Made by a program: the position numbers and the translations under genes
The notes under the pieces: model-generated
Database searches by the model: none
What the model saw: the letters and a program-made list of their open reading frames with translations, nothing else
What the model was told of the DNA's origin: nothing
Shown: positions 29,365 through 41,500 of the stretch, piece after piece
How positions within the stretch are numbered: the first letter of the stretch is position 1
Layout of the letters: every line of letters starts with the position of its first letter
Source of the DNA: a candidate division WWE3 bacterium CG08_land_8_20_14_0_20_40_13
GTDB taxonomy: Bacteria; Patescibacteriota; WWE3; 0-14-0-20-40-13
Direction of reading: 5' to 3'
Assembly (NCBI GenBank): GCA_002774285.1
Contig: PEYT01000004.1
Coordinates: forward strand, 4,345 to 68,344
Length of the DNA: 64,000 bases

Positions 29365-29950
29365 TATAGATCTTAAAGGAGCTGTCAGTTTCAATATTAT
29401 TATCAACAAGGTCTCTGATTATCTTTGATCGACTTTTTTCGTACCTATTTTCTGCCCAATCGAGATAGTATTTTTGTTTCTTGGATAAAACAATATTATA
29501 CCGGTTGTTTCCTTCCTCTAAAGCAGAATATCCCAAAAACTCGTCAATAATTTCCTTATAGTTTAACTCATTGTAAAACTTTACGGATAGGTATGGGGAG
29601 TTAATTGCTTCAATATACGAATCAGGAAAAGTGTTGTCCCGCTTAAGCCGTAAAACTAGTGTTGGTTTTTTTAATTGAATGGAGTGAGTAATTTGGTGTG
29701 AGGTGCTAAAGTTTGGAACTGTAAATTCGATAATAGAAACACCCGCTTCTTGTACGGCTTTTATTACAGAGTTGTAGATTTCTCTAATATCTCTTTTGGA
29801 GTTAGGATTCTCCTCAATCCACTTTCCATAAGATCCAATCCAGTCGTCGGTTAGAACATGACCTTCGTCTAAAAGGTGTTGTCTTATCATTAGATAATAT
29901 TTTTTATATTCGTTATAGTGGAATGTTGTTGCGCCAAACCAAATTTTCAT
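29342..29950 (-). CDS. DNPH1/Rcl-like (nucleoside 2-deoxyribosyltransferase superfamily) protein
   Basis: MKIWFGATTF..VLTDDWI...IIEFTVPNFSTSHQITHSI parallels the DNPH1 motifs YFCGSIRGG / VLTEHV / EVTQPSLGVGYELG. The start is taken at MKIWFG (29950). Confidence 0.4.
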   Translation of the reverse strand: MKIWFGATTFHYNEYKKYYLMIRQHLLDEGHVLTDDWIGSYGKWIEENPNSKRDIREIYNSVIKAVQEAGVSIIEFTVPNFSTSHQITHSIQLKKPTLVLRLKRDNTFPDSYIEAINSPYLSVKFYNELNYKEIIDEFLGYSALEEGNNRYNIVLSKKQKYYLDWAENRYEKSRSKIIRDLVDNNIETDSSFKIYIKDSQQN

Positions 29951-30017
29951 GTGTGGATTATAGCATGTTATTGTGTAATGACTGCACAACGATACTATGG
30001 TATCTACTGGTTAATCT

Positions 30018-30521
30018 ATGAAACAGGAGAACGCACAAATGAAAGTAATCTATACGATCTGCTTGCTCGTCAGAGGAACCGCTAAGGGGAGGGAAATCTG
30101 TCTAGGAAGAAAGAAACGGGGATTTCTGGTTGGTAGGTTAAACGGCTCTGGTGGTAAGGTACTTCCGGGAGAGGACGTTGAAGATTGTGCAAAAAGAGAA
30201 ACATGGGAGGAGTTTAAAGTTGAAATATTGAAGATGAAAAAGTTCGGGGAGATCAATTTTTTTGATCCTGGGCTTACGCATCAGTGCCATGTCTTTGTTG
30301 TTACTAAATGGAGAGGGGAACCATCGGAAACCGAGGAGATGAATCCCGCTTGGTACGCCGTAGCGACTATTCCTTTTGAGGAAATGAATAGAGCAGATAA
30401 ATTTTGGGTTACTCCGATTCTTGAGGGGAGAAAAATAAAGGCTGATTTCTATTACGAAAACCTCGACGATTTGGGGGAGGTGACAAGAAAAAATGTCCGT
30501 ATTGTCAATTCATTTGAGTAA
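30018..30521 (+). CDS. NUDIX hydrolase
   Basis: Nudix box GGKVLPGEDVEDCAKRETWEEFKVE. Confidence 0.65.
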   Translation: MKQENAQMKVIYTICLLVRGTAKGREICLGRKKRGFLVGRLNGSGGKVLPGEDVEDCAKRETWEEFKVEILKMKKFGEINFFDPGLTHQCHVFVVTKWRGEPSETEEMNPAWYAVATIPFEEMNRADKFWVTPILEGRKIKADFYYENLDDLGEVTRKNVRIVNSFE

Positions 30522-30598
30522 ATCTATTGCGCTGGTTGGGGATCAAGAAAACGACCAGCGTTTTCTTTTTCTTCTAAAATCCTTTAATATCCATCTTA

Positions 30599-31762
30599 GT
30601 GGAAACATCAGATAAGAAAAAAGTGGTGGTGGGGATATCGGGCGGAGTAGATTCTGCGGTTTCGGCGTACCTTTTAAAAAAACAAGGTTATGAAGTTCTT
30701 GGTGTATATATGTGGTGTTACGGAAGTCATGACGAACATTGTCGGGCTCATCAAGACCGCGCCGATGCCATAAAAGTTGCCACGCATTTAGGAATTCCTT
30801 TTGAGATTTGGGATTTTGAAAAAGAATATTCCGAGAAAGTTTTAAAGTATTTTTATGATGAATATAATGCTGGATGTACTCCAAATCCCGATGTGGTTTG
30901 TAATAAAGAGATAAAGTTTGGAATGTTTTATAAAAGAGCGATTAAGAAGCGAGGTTTTGATTTTGTGGCAACAGGGCATTATGCTCGAGTGGTTGGGGGC
31001 ACATCGCAAATTAGGGCAGTGTCCGAATTCGGGCACTGCCCTAAATATCTGGCTTCTGGAAAAGATAAAACTAAGGATCAATCCTACTTTTTATATCGCA
31101 TTCGCTTGGAACAACTCTCCCACATCCTTTTTCCCGTCGGTGATTTAACAAAAAAAGAAGTCCGTCAAATTGCAAAAGAAGCAGGACTTCCCGTTTTTGA
31201 TAAACCCGATAGTCAAGGGGTTTGTTTTGTTGGGGAAGTATCAATGCGCGATTTCCTTAAAGGGAAAGTGGATTATAAAGAAGGGAATGTTGTTGATACA
31301 AAGGGGGAAGTGATCGGTCACCATACTGGTCTGCCGTTTTACACAATCGGTCAGCGCCGTGGGTTCACTTTGACGAAATATAAAGGATTGCCCATGTATG
31401 CGATTGGAAAAAATGCGGTGAATAACACCCTCATCGTTGGATGTGGGAAAGAGACTGAGGCGGAAAGTTTTAGAGTTGGAGATATTAATTGGCTCGTTTC
31501 TAATACGGGATCCTCCCGAAACGGGAGGATCCCGTATCAAAACTTAAGGGTTCGGATCAGACATCTTGGTAAATTAATCCCGTGTGATATATTATTTGAA
31601 AATTTGAAAAATAAAAATTCATTAAAAATTTCAAATTTGGAGGCCGTGCCCCCATCGCAGGTACGATGTAAATTAAAAATTCCCCAGCGGGGGGTAGCTC
31701 CTGGACAGTCAGCTGTTTTCTACCTTGATGACATTGTTATTGGCGGAGGCGTAATATTGTAG
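30599..31762 (+). CDS. mnmA: tRNA-specific 2-thiouridylase MnmA, with two in-frame palindromic insertions
   Basis: PP-loop SGGVDS, the KDQSYFLY motif and the C-terminal PGQSAVFY. The extra segments IRAVSEFGHCP and NTGSSRNGRIPYQ are encoded by perfect palindromes at 31011-31044 and 31503-31537. Confidence 0.8.
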   Translation: METSDKKKVVVGISGGVDSAVSAYLLKKQGYEVLGVYMWCYGSHDEHCRAHQDRADAIKVATHLGIPFEIWDFEKEYSEKVLKYFYDEYNAGCTPNPDVVCNKEIKFGMFYKRAIKKRGFDFVATGHYARVVGGTSQIRAVSEFGHCPKYLASGKDKTKDQSYFLYRIRLEQLSHILFPVGDLTKKEVRQIAKEAGLPVFDKPDSQGVCFVGEVSMRDFLKGKVDYKEGNVVDTKGEVIGHHTGLPFYTIGQRRGFTLTKYKGLPMYAIGKNAVNNTLIVGCGKETEAESFRVGDINWLVSNTGSSRNGRIPYQNLRVRIRHLGKLIPCDILFENLKNKNSLKISNLEAVPPSQVRCKLKIPQRGVAPGQSAVFYLDDIVIGGGVIL

Positions 31763-31901
31763 ATATGAGTGTTGGAAGACCATGGACTGTAAAATTTAAA
31801 GAAACATCAATCGAAGTTGTCAAATCGGTATTAGGTTTTATTGTGATAATAATCAAAGGTGTCGGCGAAGCCTTTTTGGGCGCTTTTAGTGGAAAATAAA
31901 T

Positions 31902-32240
31902 ATGATTACTTCTGGAAATGCAGACACAGAATCTCAACAGTTTAAAAATTGGTTAATCGGTAACTTTAGAGAAGATAGCTCACCTTTAAAGACTGATAAA
32001 TTTGAGCTCAAGTGGTCAAAAAGAGAGAAAGGTTACTTTGCTCCAGCTAAGGAAAAGGAACAGGAGGATCTAAGAAGCACACTGGGAATTTTAATTTACG
32101 GGAAAGTAAAAGTCTCTTTTTTGGACGAAGAGAAGAAGATTCTTTTAGAAAATGAGGGCGATTACTATTTTTGTAAACCTACATCAAGACACACAGTCGA
32201 AGTTTTTGAAGATAGTTTAGTTATTACAGTTCGTTGGTGA
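31902..32240 (+). CDS. cupin-fold small protein
   Basis: 112 aa with a beta-rich C-terminus typical of a cupin barrel. Weak. Confidence 0.35.
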   Translation: MITSGNADTESQQFKNWLIGNFREDSSPLKTDKFELKWSKREKGYFAPAKEKEQEDLRSTLGILIYGKVKVSFLDEEKKILLENEGDYYFCKPTSRHTVEVFEDSLVITVRW

Positions 32241-32649
32241 GTTGCGATTTAAAATACGAGGCAAAGAAACTGTTTGTTGCGGGCCAGAAGAGAGAGGGGT
32301 TAGCTAAAATATATTCTTTTTCTAACCACCTAACAGATGCGATTTCATTATCATCAATACCCATCTCAATTTCAAAAGGAACTTTCTCGCATTCCCACCA
32401 ATAAGTTTCTTGATTTGCAATATCGCTTCCGGTTTTAGCAAGTTCTCTAATTGGTTTTATTACAATTCCCAATTCCTCTTTTACTTCGCGGATCAAAGCT
32501 TGCTTTGGATTTTCTCCTTCTTCAACATGCCTGCCACAAGGATAAAACAATCCGGTATATTTTCCAAAATATTTCTTAGCAGTAATAAGAAGGTATTCTT
32601 TTACGCCGTTATTCTCTCTAAAAATTATTCCTAGTACTACTTGTCTCAT
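32224..32649 (-). CDS. NUDIX hydrolase
   Basis: Nudix box G-x5-E-x7-REVKEELG in ...GRHVEEGENPKQALIREVKEELGI... Confidence 0.65.
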   Translation of the reverse strand: MRQVVLGIIFRENNGVKEYLLITAKKYFGKYTGLFYPCGRHVEEGENPKQALIREVKEELGIVIKPIRELAKTGSDIANQETYWWECEKVPFEIEMGIDDNEIASVRWLEKEYILANPSLFWPATNSFFASYFKSQLTNEL

Positions 32650-32861
32650 ATCATTTTTCTCCTAATGCTCCCACCAACTTTAGCTAACCAGTGTTTAAAT
32701 GGTTCGGTTTTTGGAGAAGGAATAGACTGGACTATACGAAGAAGTCCTTCTGTCTTGGCACAATCAGTTTCACGCATTTTTCCATCTTCGGCTTGTAATT
32801 TCAACTGTTTCCATAATGATTTAATCATTCCATAACTAACCAGAATGTGCAAGAGGGGAAG

Positions 32862-32947
32862 TGGTGGGCGAGAGAGGATTTGAACCTCCACGGATTTTAC
32901 TCCACTGGCTTCTGAAACCAGCCTGGCTACCATTACAGCACTCGCCC
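32862..32947 (-). tRNA. tRNA-Leu (anticodon CAG), CCA encoded
   Basis: I folded it by hand: a 7-bp acceptor stem GGGCGAG/CUCGCCC, an anticodon stem CUGGU/GCCAG around the loop UUCAGAA (anticodon CAG), a long variable arm, a T-loop GGUUCAAAUCC and a 3' ACCA. Confidence 0.85.
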
Positions 32948-32969
32948 GTATCATTCATATTCTACCTTA

Positions 32970-32999
32970 TTGACAAACCCTTAGTAAATTATGTATGTT
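32970..32999 (+). promoter_or_regulatory. candidate rRNA promoter (TTGACA-N18-TATGTT)
   Basis: A consensus -35 element sits about 200 nt upstream of the 16S start. The spacer is 18 nt, so the call is tentative. Confidence 0.3.
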
Positions 33000-33170
33000 A
33001 CCGAGGTGACAGTAAAAGACTCCTGCAATGCAGGTGTGGTTTTTTTGTCTAATTTGATCTTTAAAAATTCAATATCAAAAATTTAGCTTACCGGCAGTTC
33101 AATTGTTTTGAAAAGGTGCGGGTTATAGCTATAAGTTAAAGTGAAGTTCAAAAATTAAGTGGTGGAAAGA

Positions 33171-34630
<1,460 letters not shown>

Positions 34631-34883
34631 CAAAGGAGATTTTCTTCGATGATTTTTATCATCGCGGAAGCTCATAAATGTTTTCTAAGTCGGAAAACTT
34701 TGGAGCATAAACATTTTCTTTTGCCCCTCACGGCAAAAGATCAGACAGCTTGGTTGGGTGAGGTTTAACCTAACAATGAATCTTTCCACCGCTTAGAATT
34801 TGAATCGCGTCAGACGCGACTTTGCTTTAACTTAACTCCTCAGCACTGTAAATTCCGCGCATTTTTTGTGCTATCATTTGAAT

Positions 34884-35708
34884 ATGGCAAACACCTCTGT
34901 CCTTTGCGCCCAAAACGGCTCTATAAAAATAGCTGCTCTTGACCATCGCGATTCCTTAAAAAAAATTCTTCCCGAGGATGAAATAAATAAGTTCAAAAGT
35001 CTGTGTGTCGAGGCATTTAGTCCTTTTGTGACCGCAGTTTTACTTGATCCTGAATATTTAGAAAAAACAGGGATTGGGGCAATGCCCCTAAAGGGGCACT
35101 GCCCCATTATTTCCGTCCCGTTTCTTGCCTCTTTGGAAAAATCAGGATACATAGACACTTCCGATGGCAGGATTACCGAAACTTATGGTGACTATTTTAA
35201 TGCAAGAACAGCTAAAAGAGTCGGAGTTATCGCCACAAAGCTTTTAATTTATTTTAATAATGACGCACCATCAAAGAATCACCAAATAGAGATTGCGAAA
35301 AGATGTTTTGATGAATCTCGTCAAGTGGGACTTCCCTTACTTTTAGAAATCGTTACTTATCCATATCAAAATAAGGTTTATAGCGAGAGTTTAGAAATCT
35401 CCCGTGCCGTCTCTCAACTTGCGGATTTCGGAGATGTTTTAAAGCTTAATTTTTGTGACAATCTTGATATTTTATCGGATCTAAAGCATTTGGAAAAACC
35501 TTGGGTTCTTTTGAGTCGGGGAATGCTCTTTCCGGAATACAAAAGATTGTTAATAAAAGCTAAAGAAATTGGTGGCGCGAGCGGCTTTGCCGTTGGACGG
35601 GCCTTATGGCAGGAAGTTGGCAATCTTAAAACTTGGGCAAAGAAAGAATTTTTTATCAAAACTACTGCAGTTTCGCGTCTAAAGGAATTAGCAGAAATTT
35701 TTAATTAG
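34884..35708 (+). CDS. class I aldolase of the LacD/tagatose-bisphosphate aldolase family, with an in-frame palindromic insertion
   Basis: The LLDPEY, LLLEIVTYP and GRALW blocks parallel LacD. The start is taken at MANTSV. The extra segment GAMPLKGHCPI is encoded by the palindrome at 35075-35106. Confidence 0.6.
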   Translation: MANTSVLCAQNGSIKIAALDHRDSLKKILPEDEINKFKSLCVEAFSPFVTAVLLDPEYLEKTGIGAMPLKGHCPIISVPFLASLEKSGYIDTSDGRITETYGDYFNARTAKRVGVIATKLLIYFNNDAPSKNHQIEIAKRCFDESRQVGLPLLLEIVTYPYQNKVYSESLEISRAVSQLADFGDVLKLNFCDNLDILSDLKHLEKPWVLLSRGMLFPEYKRLLIKAKEIGGASGFAVGRALWQEVGNLKTWAKKEFFIKTTAVSRLKELAEIFN

Positions 35709-35725
35709 GAATCCTGAATTACAAA

Positions 35726-36808
35726 ATGCATTTTCTTGGAAAAGAACCACCACTTTTGTTTATAAACAAAACCGTTTTTGTGCGTGTGGATTTTGATGTT
35801 TCTTTTAAGGAAGATGGTTCAATTGCCGACGATTACAGAATTAAGAGATGCCTTCCAACAATAGATTACCTTCTCTCAAAAGGGGCAAAACTTGTTTTGG
35901 GTACCAAAATCGGTGATCCTGAAAAGGATGGGGGAATTTCCTGTGAGAGGATTTTTCCTTACTTGAGTAACATAAGTAGCTTAAGTCACTTACGATTCTT
36001 GAGAGATTATCCGGGGTTGGAAGTTAAAAAATCCACCGGTGCTCTTACTGTTGGCGAAGTGTTGCTTTTAGAAAACCTTCGCCTTTTTCCTGAGGAAAAA
36101 GGAGACGAAAAATTTGCTAAAGAGTTTGCCAACAATTTTGATTTTTACATCCATGAAGCTTTCGCTATGTGTCATCGCACTGACACTTCAATTGCACTTC
36201 TTCCAAAATACTTAGTGTCATTTGTTGGATTTAATTTAGCGCAAGAAATAGAAACGCTCTCAAAAGTTTTAGAAAATCCTCAAAGACCCTTAATTTTTAT
36301 AGTAGGTGGTGCCAAAATAGAATCAAAACTTTTAACAATAAATAATTTTCTAAAAATCGCTGACAAGATAATCATTGGTGGAAAATTGCCACTCGATCCA
36401 ACGGTTCAAAAATTCGCCAAAGATAAAAAAGTTTTTTTGGCGGATTTGGATATCGGCGGTTTGGATATTTCCGAGGGGTCGGTGGAAGAAATTTTAAGTA
36501 TCTTAGGTAACTTAAGTAAAGGAGAGGGAAAAGGAACAATTGTCTGGTCAGGTCCCATGGGGCAGTTTGAAAACCCAGATCACCGAAAAGGGACAATGGA
36601 AATTGCCAAGGCGATCTCGGAAAGTTCTGCCTTTAAAATTGTTGGTGGAGGCAATACCGTGACGGCTTTAGATTTACTCGGTCTTGTCAAACAGTTCGAT
36701 TTTATCTCCACGGGTGGCGGTGCCATGCTGGAATTCTTGGCAGAGGGTAAACTTCTGGGAATTGATGCTTTAAATTACAAAACAAAATTGTTAGACTGGA
36801 ACACATGA
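35726..36808 (+). CDS. pgk: phosphoglycerate kinase
   Basis: N-terminal substrate-binding motifs (FVRVDFDV, KGAKLVLGTKIG) and the C-terminal GGGAMLEF. Confidence 0.8.
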   Translation: MHFLGKEPPLLFINKTVFVRVDFDVSFKEDGSIADDYRIKRCLPTIDYLLSKGAKLVLGTKIGDPEKDGGISCERIFPYLSNISSLSHLRFLRDYPGLEVKKSTGALTVGEVLLLENLRLFPEEKGDEKFAKEFANNFDFYIHEAFAMCHRTDTSIALLPKYLVSFVGFNLAQEIETLSKVLENPQRPLIFIVGGAKIESKLLTINNFLKIADKIIIGGKLPLDPTVQKFAKDKKVFLADLDIGGLDISEGSVEEILSILGNLSKGEGKGTIVWSGPMGQFENPDHRKGTMEIAKAISESSAFKIVGGGNTVTALDLLGLVKQFDFISTGGGAMLEFLAEGKLLGIDALNYKTKLLDWNT

Positions 36809-37383
36809 TAAAAAGATTCTTTGTTATAACAATTTTGTTGGTATTAGGTCTTGTCGTTTTGTATTTTTCCGTAAAAAGTAATGGTGATTCTGTTAAAGAT
36901 CAGGTTTTAAAACCCTCTCCATACGAACCTATTACAAGTATACAGGAGGAGAAAAATAAGCATTCGGGCTATATATTAAATACCAATAAGGGCGACATAA
37001 AAATTGTTCTTGATAGTACCGTTGCCCCTGAAACCGTGAAAAATTTTGATTCTAAAGTAAATTCTGGATTTTATGAGGGCTTGACTTTTCACCGCGTGGA
37101 AGATTGGGTTATTCAAGGTGGAGATCCTTTGGGAAATGGGACCGGTGGGGGGAATATGCCAACGGAACTTTCGCAGAAACCGTTTAAAGAAGGATCGATC
37201 GGTGTTGCAAGAGGGGGTAATATAGAAATAAGTAACGATTCTCAGTTTTTTATCTGCACAACAGACTGCTCTTTTTTAACTGGACAGTACACCAATTTTG
37301 GAGATGTAGTGGGAGGAATGGATGTAGCTAAATTGATAAGCATTGGTGATAAGATAAATGGCATTCAAACATTAAAATACTAA
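36805..37383 (+). CDS. ppiB: peptidyl-prolyl cis-trans isomerase, cyclophilin type
   Basis: FHRVEDWVIQGGDPLGNGTGG is the cyclophilin core. Confidence 0.8.
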   Translation: MIKRFFVITILLVLGLVVLYFSVKSNGDSVKDQVLKPSPYEPITSIQEEKNKHSGYILNTNKGDIKIVLDSTVAPETVKNFDSKVNSGFYEGLTFHRVEDWVIQGGDPLGNGTGGGNMPTELSQKPFKEGSIGVARGGNIEISNDSQFFICTTDCSFLTGQYTNFGDVVGGMDVAKLISIGDKINGIQTLKY

Positions 37384-37385
37384 AA

Positions 37386-38432
37386 ATGGATCAGGATTTT
37401 CCGCGAAACAAATATTTATTAGGTAAAAAGCATCTAAAATATTTTGGAATTATTATTGCGGTTTTAATTTTATTGTCGCCGCTTTTTTTCTGGTGGTACT
37501 ATAACGCCGCTTTAAACCGGCAAAATTATCCGGAAGAAACAATTGCCAAATCGCCAAATATACCGCTTGAGGCTGATGTAATTATTCCATCCGGAGCAAC
37601 AACCGACGAGATCTCCGATCTTTTGTATAAAAAGGATTTAATAAATAGCAAAACTCTTTTTAAGTTGTACCTTTTGCAAACCCAAAAAACCATCAAGGCC
37701 GGACATTACCGCGTCCCGTTTACCATAGATGTAAAAGATTTGGTGGAAGCTTTTCAAAAAGGGACATTCGATATTAGACTTACTTTTTTGGAGGGGTGGC
37801 GGGTGGAGGAATATGCCGATTACATAACTAAACAATTTAACGATCCGGTTCTTGGAAAAGAATTTTTAACTATCGCGAAGCCTTTTGAAGGTTACCTTTT
37901 TCCGGACACATATTTTATGCCAAAGCTTTCAAGCGCTCAGTTGCTTCTTGGCACTCTAAAAGCAAATTTTGATGAGAGAACAAAAAATATCAGAGCGGAT
38001 TACACACTAAAGTCAAAAGGCAAAACATCCGGTTTGAGTTTTGCCGATACGATTAATTTAGCCTCTATTTTAGAAAGAGAGGTGGCAAATGGCGCCGACC
38101 GTTCCGTTGTTGCTGGAATTTTAATAAAAAGAATCGAAAACGGATGGCCATTAGATGCCGATGCTACTGTGCAGTATGCCGTCGCTTCACCGGAAAATTG
38201 GTGGCCTTCCAAAATTACTCAAGATGGTTTGGACAAAGATTCTCCCTACAACACTAGAAAAAATCAGGGATTGCCGCCAACTCCCATCTGCAATCCCGGA
38301 CTTGCGGCAATATCGGCGGCAAGTGCCCCAGTTAGTAGTGAGTATTGGTTTTACTTAAGCGGAAAAGATGGAAAGACTCACTTTGCAAAAACTATCGAAG
38401 AGCATAATCAAGACATAGTTTTGTACTTGTGA
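37386..38432 (+). CDS. mltG: endolytic murein transglycosylase MltG (YceG family)
   Basis: N-terminal TM helix and the YceG-like domain with GLPPTPICNPG. Confidence 0.7.
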   Translation: MDQDFPRNKYLLGKKHLKYFGIIIAVLILLSPLFFWWYYNAALNRQNYPEETIAKSPNIPLEADVIIPSGATTDEISDLLYKKDLINSKTLFKLYLLQTQKTIKAGHYRVPFTIDVKDLVEAFQKGTFDIRLTFLEGWRVEEYADYITKQFNDPVLGKEFLTIAKPFEGYLFPDTYFMPKLSSAQLLLGTLKANFDERTKNIRADYTLKSKGKTSGLSFADTINLASILEREVANGADRSVVAGILIKRIENGWPLDADATVQYAVASPENWWPSKITQDGLDKDSPYNTRKNQGLPPTPICNPGLAAISAASAPVSSEYWFYLSGKDGKTHFAKTIEEHNQDIVLYL

Positions 38433-38569
38433 ATTTTAGGGGAGTTGACAACATTTAATGTCATGTGTTAAACTTCCGAAGTTCGTGTTGAGAAGTCAAA
38501 TTTAGCTTGGCTTGTTGCGTTGTTCTTGAAAATTTTAAAAAAGGATTTTTGGAATAATTCATAAACATA

Positions 38570-41500
38570 ATGCGCCTTTCGTTTTCCGAAGAAGGTTTTA
38601 AGTTTCCGTTGCCCAACCTTTCAGCCATTCAGCTGGACTCGTTTAACGCTTTTCTACGGGAAGGTGTTAATGATGTTCTAGAAGAAATTAACGATATAGA
38701 AGACTATACCGGGCGAGGCTGGGTTTTAAGTTTCTCCAATCCCAGATTTGATAAAGCTACAATATCTATTCAAGAATCCATAGAACGGGGAATGACATAC
38801 AGCGCTCCTTGGTACATCAAAGTTACTCTACTTGAGAAAGAATCCAAAAAATCGAAAACTCAGGATGTCTATATGGGCGAAGTTCCATTAATGACCCCCA
38901 AGGGAACATTTATTGTAAATGGAATTGAAAAGGTTATTGTTAACCAACTTATACGCTCCGAGGGCGTGTATTTTTTGCCCATAGAATATCCGGGAAATCC
39001 TAATCTTTTCGCAAGCGCTAAGTTGCTTCCAAAAAACGGCGCGTGGCTCGAAATAGAAACTTCAAAAACAGGAGTTCTTACCGTAAAAATTGACCGAAAA
39101 AGAAAAGTTGTGTTAACCGCGCTTTTAAGAATTTTTGGTTTAGAAAACGATAACGACATAAGGGAGGCCTTTAAAGAAGCCGAAAAGGGATCCGAAGTGT
39201 CTTATGTAGAAGCAACTTTAGAAAAAGATCCTTCGTCAAATTACAACGAGGCTTTAATAGAAATATACCGCAAAGTGCGTCCCGGGGAGCCTTTGATTTT
39301 GGATAATGCTAAAACTCTTATAGAAACCATGTTTTTTAATCCGCGTCGCTATTCACTTGGAAAGGTCGGCCGTTTTAAATTTAATCAGAAGCTAAAAACG
39401 GAGTTTCCTCAAGACAGTATGGGGCGTCTTTTACACAAAGAAGATCTAATAAAGGTCATAGAAAGAATAATCCTTTTAAACCGTAATATTGGTGAGGAGT
39501 ACGATGACATTGATCATTTAGGAAACCGAAGAGTGCGATCTGTGGGGGAGCTTTTGCAAAATCAAATTAGAATCGGGTTTTTGCAAATGGAAAGAAATAT
39601 TAAGGAAAGAATGTCATTGCAACCCCGTGGACAGCTCTGCGAGCCAAATACTCTTATTTCCACAAGACCTGTTGCCGCGAAGGTGCACTCTTTTTTTGCA
39701 TCTGGACAACTTAGTCAATATCAGGATCAATCAAACCCATTAACGGGTCTCGATCATTTAAGAAGGCTTTCCGTTATGGGACCCGGAGGGCTAACTAAAG
39801 AAAGAGCCAGCTTCTCTGTTCGCGATGCGCACTATACTCATTATGGAAAAATCTGTCCTGTTCGGACCCCGGAAGGTCCCAATATTGGACTTATTACATA
39901 TGTAGCGCTCTACGCTCGTGTAAATGAATATGGATTTTTGGAAACGCCTTACAGGAAACTTGATAAAGATGCTAAGGGAAATTATGTAGTTACCGATACA
40001 ATCGATTATCTTGCGGCCTATGACGAGGAGAAGTTTTTTATTACGGACGCTTCGGTAAAGGTTTCTAAAGACGGCGTTGTTTTGGATAAGCGAGTTCCGC
40101 TCCGTAAAGGGAAAGACTTCTTTATCGGAGATGTTTCGCAGGCAAGTTACATGGATATTAACTCCCAGCAAACTGTAGGCCTTGCCGCCTCCTTAATTCC
40201 GTTTATTTCTAATACCGATGTTATCCGTGCCCTCTATGGATGCCAGCAAGCCACTCAAGCGGTTCCTCTAATTATTCCCCAGAAGCCGTTTGTAGGTACT
40301 GGGATGGAGGAAATCGCGGCGTTAGGTTCTGGGGCTATTGTAATGGCGGAGGAGGACGGAGTTGTTTCGTTTTCCGATGCCACAAAGGTTATTGTAAAAG
40401 GGAAAAATACTACCGAATATAAAATCCTTAAATTTGTTCAGTCCAACATGGATACCTGTTACAACCAAAGTGTTGTGGTAAGCGCTGGGCAAAAAGTAAA
40501 AAAGGGCCAAGTTCTTGCCGAAGGACCAGCAGTATTGGACGGAGAATTGGCGATTGGAGCCAATCTTAAAGTAGCCTTTATGATATGGGGAGGGTACAAC
40601 TACGAAGACGCTATTGTGGTTTCCGAGCGCTTGGTGCGGGATGATGTTTTAACTTCTATTCATATTAAAGATCGTGCGGTGCAAGTTTTAGAAACAAAGC
40701 TTGGACCCGAAGAAATTACCCGCGATATTCCCAATGTTTCAGAAGAAGCCTTGCGCAACCTAGATGAGCGGGGCATTGTTGCAATAGGATCAGAGGTAAA
40801 ATCAGGCGACATTTTGGTTGGAAAAATTGCTCCAAAAGGGGAAACAGAGCTTTCGGCGGAGGAAAGATTACTTCGTGCTATCTTTGGAGAAAAGTCCCGC
40901 GATGTTAAAGATAACTCGTTGGTTTTGCCACATGGGGAGTATGGAACAGTAATTGGAATCACAGAGCTTACAAAAGAAAAAGGTGACGAACTTCCAATAG
41001 GTGTTGTAAAAGAAATCCGCATTTTTGTGGCGCAGCGGAGAAAAATTGTTGTTGGGGATAAACTAACTGGGCGTCAGGGGCAAAAAGGAGTAATCGCTCT
41101 TATTGCCAAAGACGAGGATATGCCTTTTATGACCGATGGGACAAGAGTAGATATTATTTTGCACCCCGCCTCCCTTCTTGGCCGTATGAATATTGGTCAG
41201 CTTCCGGAAACTCATCTTGGTTGGGTAGCCGAAAGAACAAATAAATATTTTCAAGTTCCCGTCTTTACAAAATTTGGCGAAGAGCAGCTTAAAGCGGCGT
41301 TAAAAGAAGCAGGTCTTCCCGAGGATGGGCGAACCGCTTTGTTTGACGGAAAATCTGGGGAGCCTTTTGCAAATCGTGTGGTTGTAGGAAATCTTTATAT
41401 TCTTAAACTGCATCATCTTGCTGAGGATAAAATGCACGCTAGAAGTACCGGACCATATTCTTTAATTACGCAACAGCCTCTTGGTGGAAAGGCTCAATTT

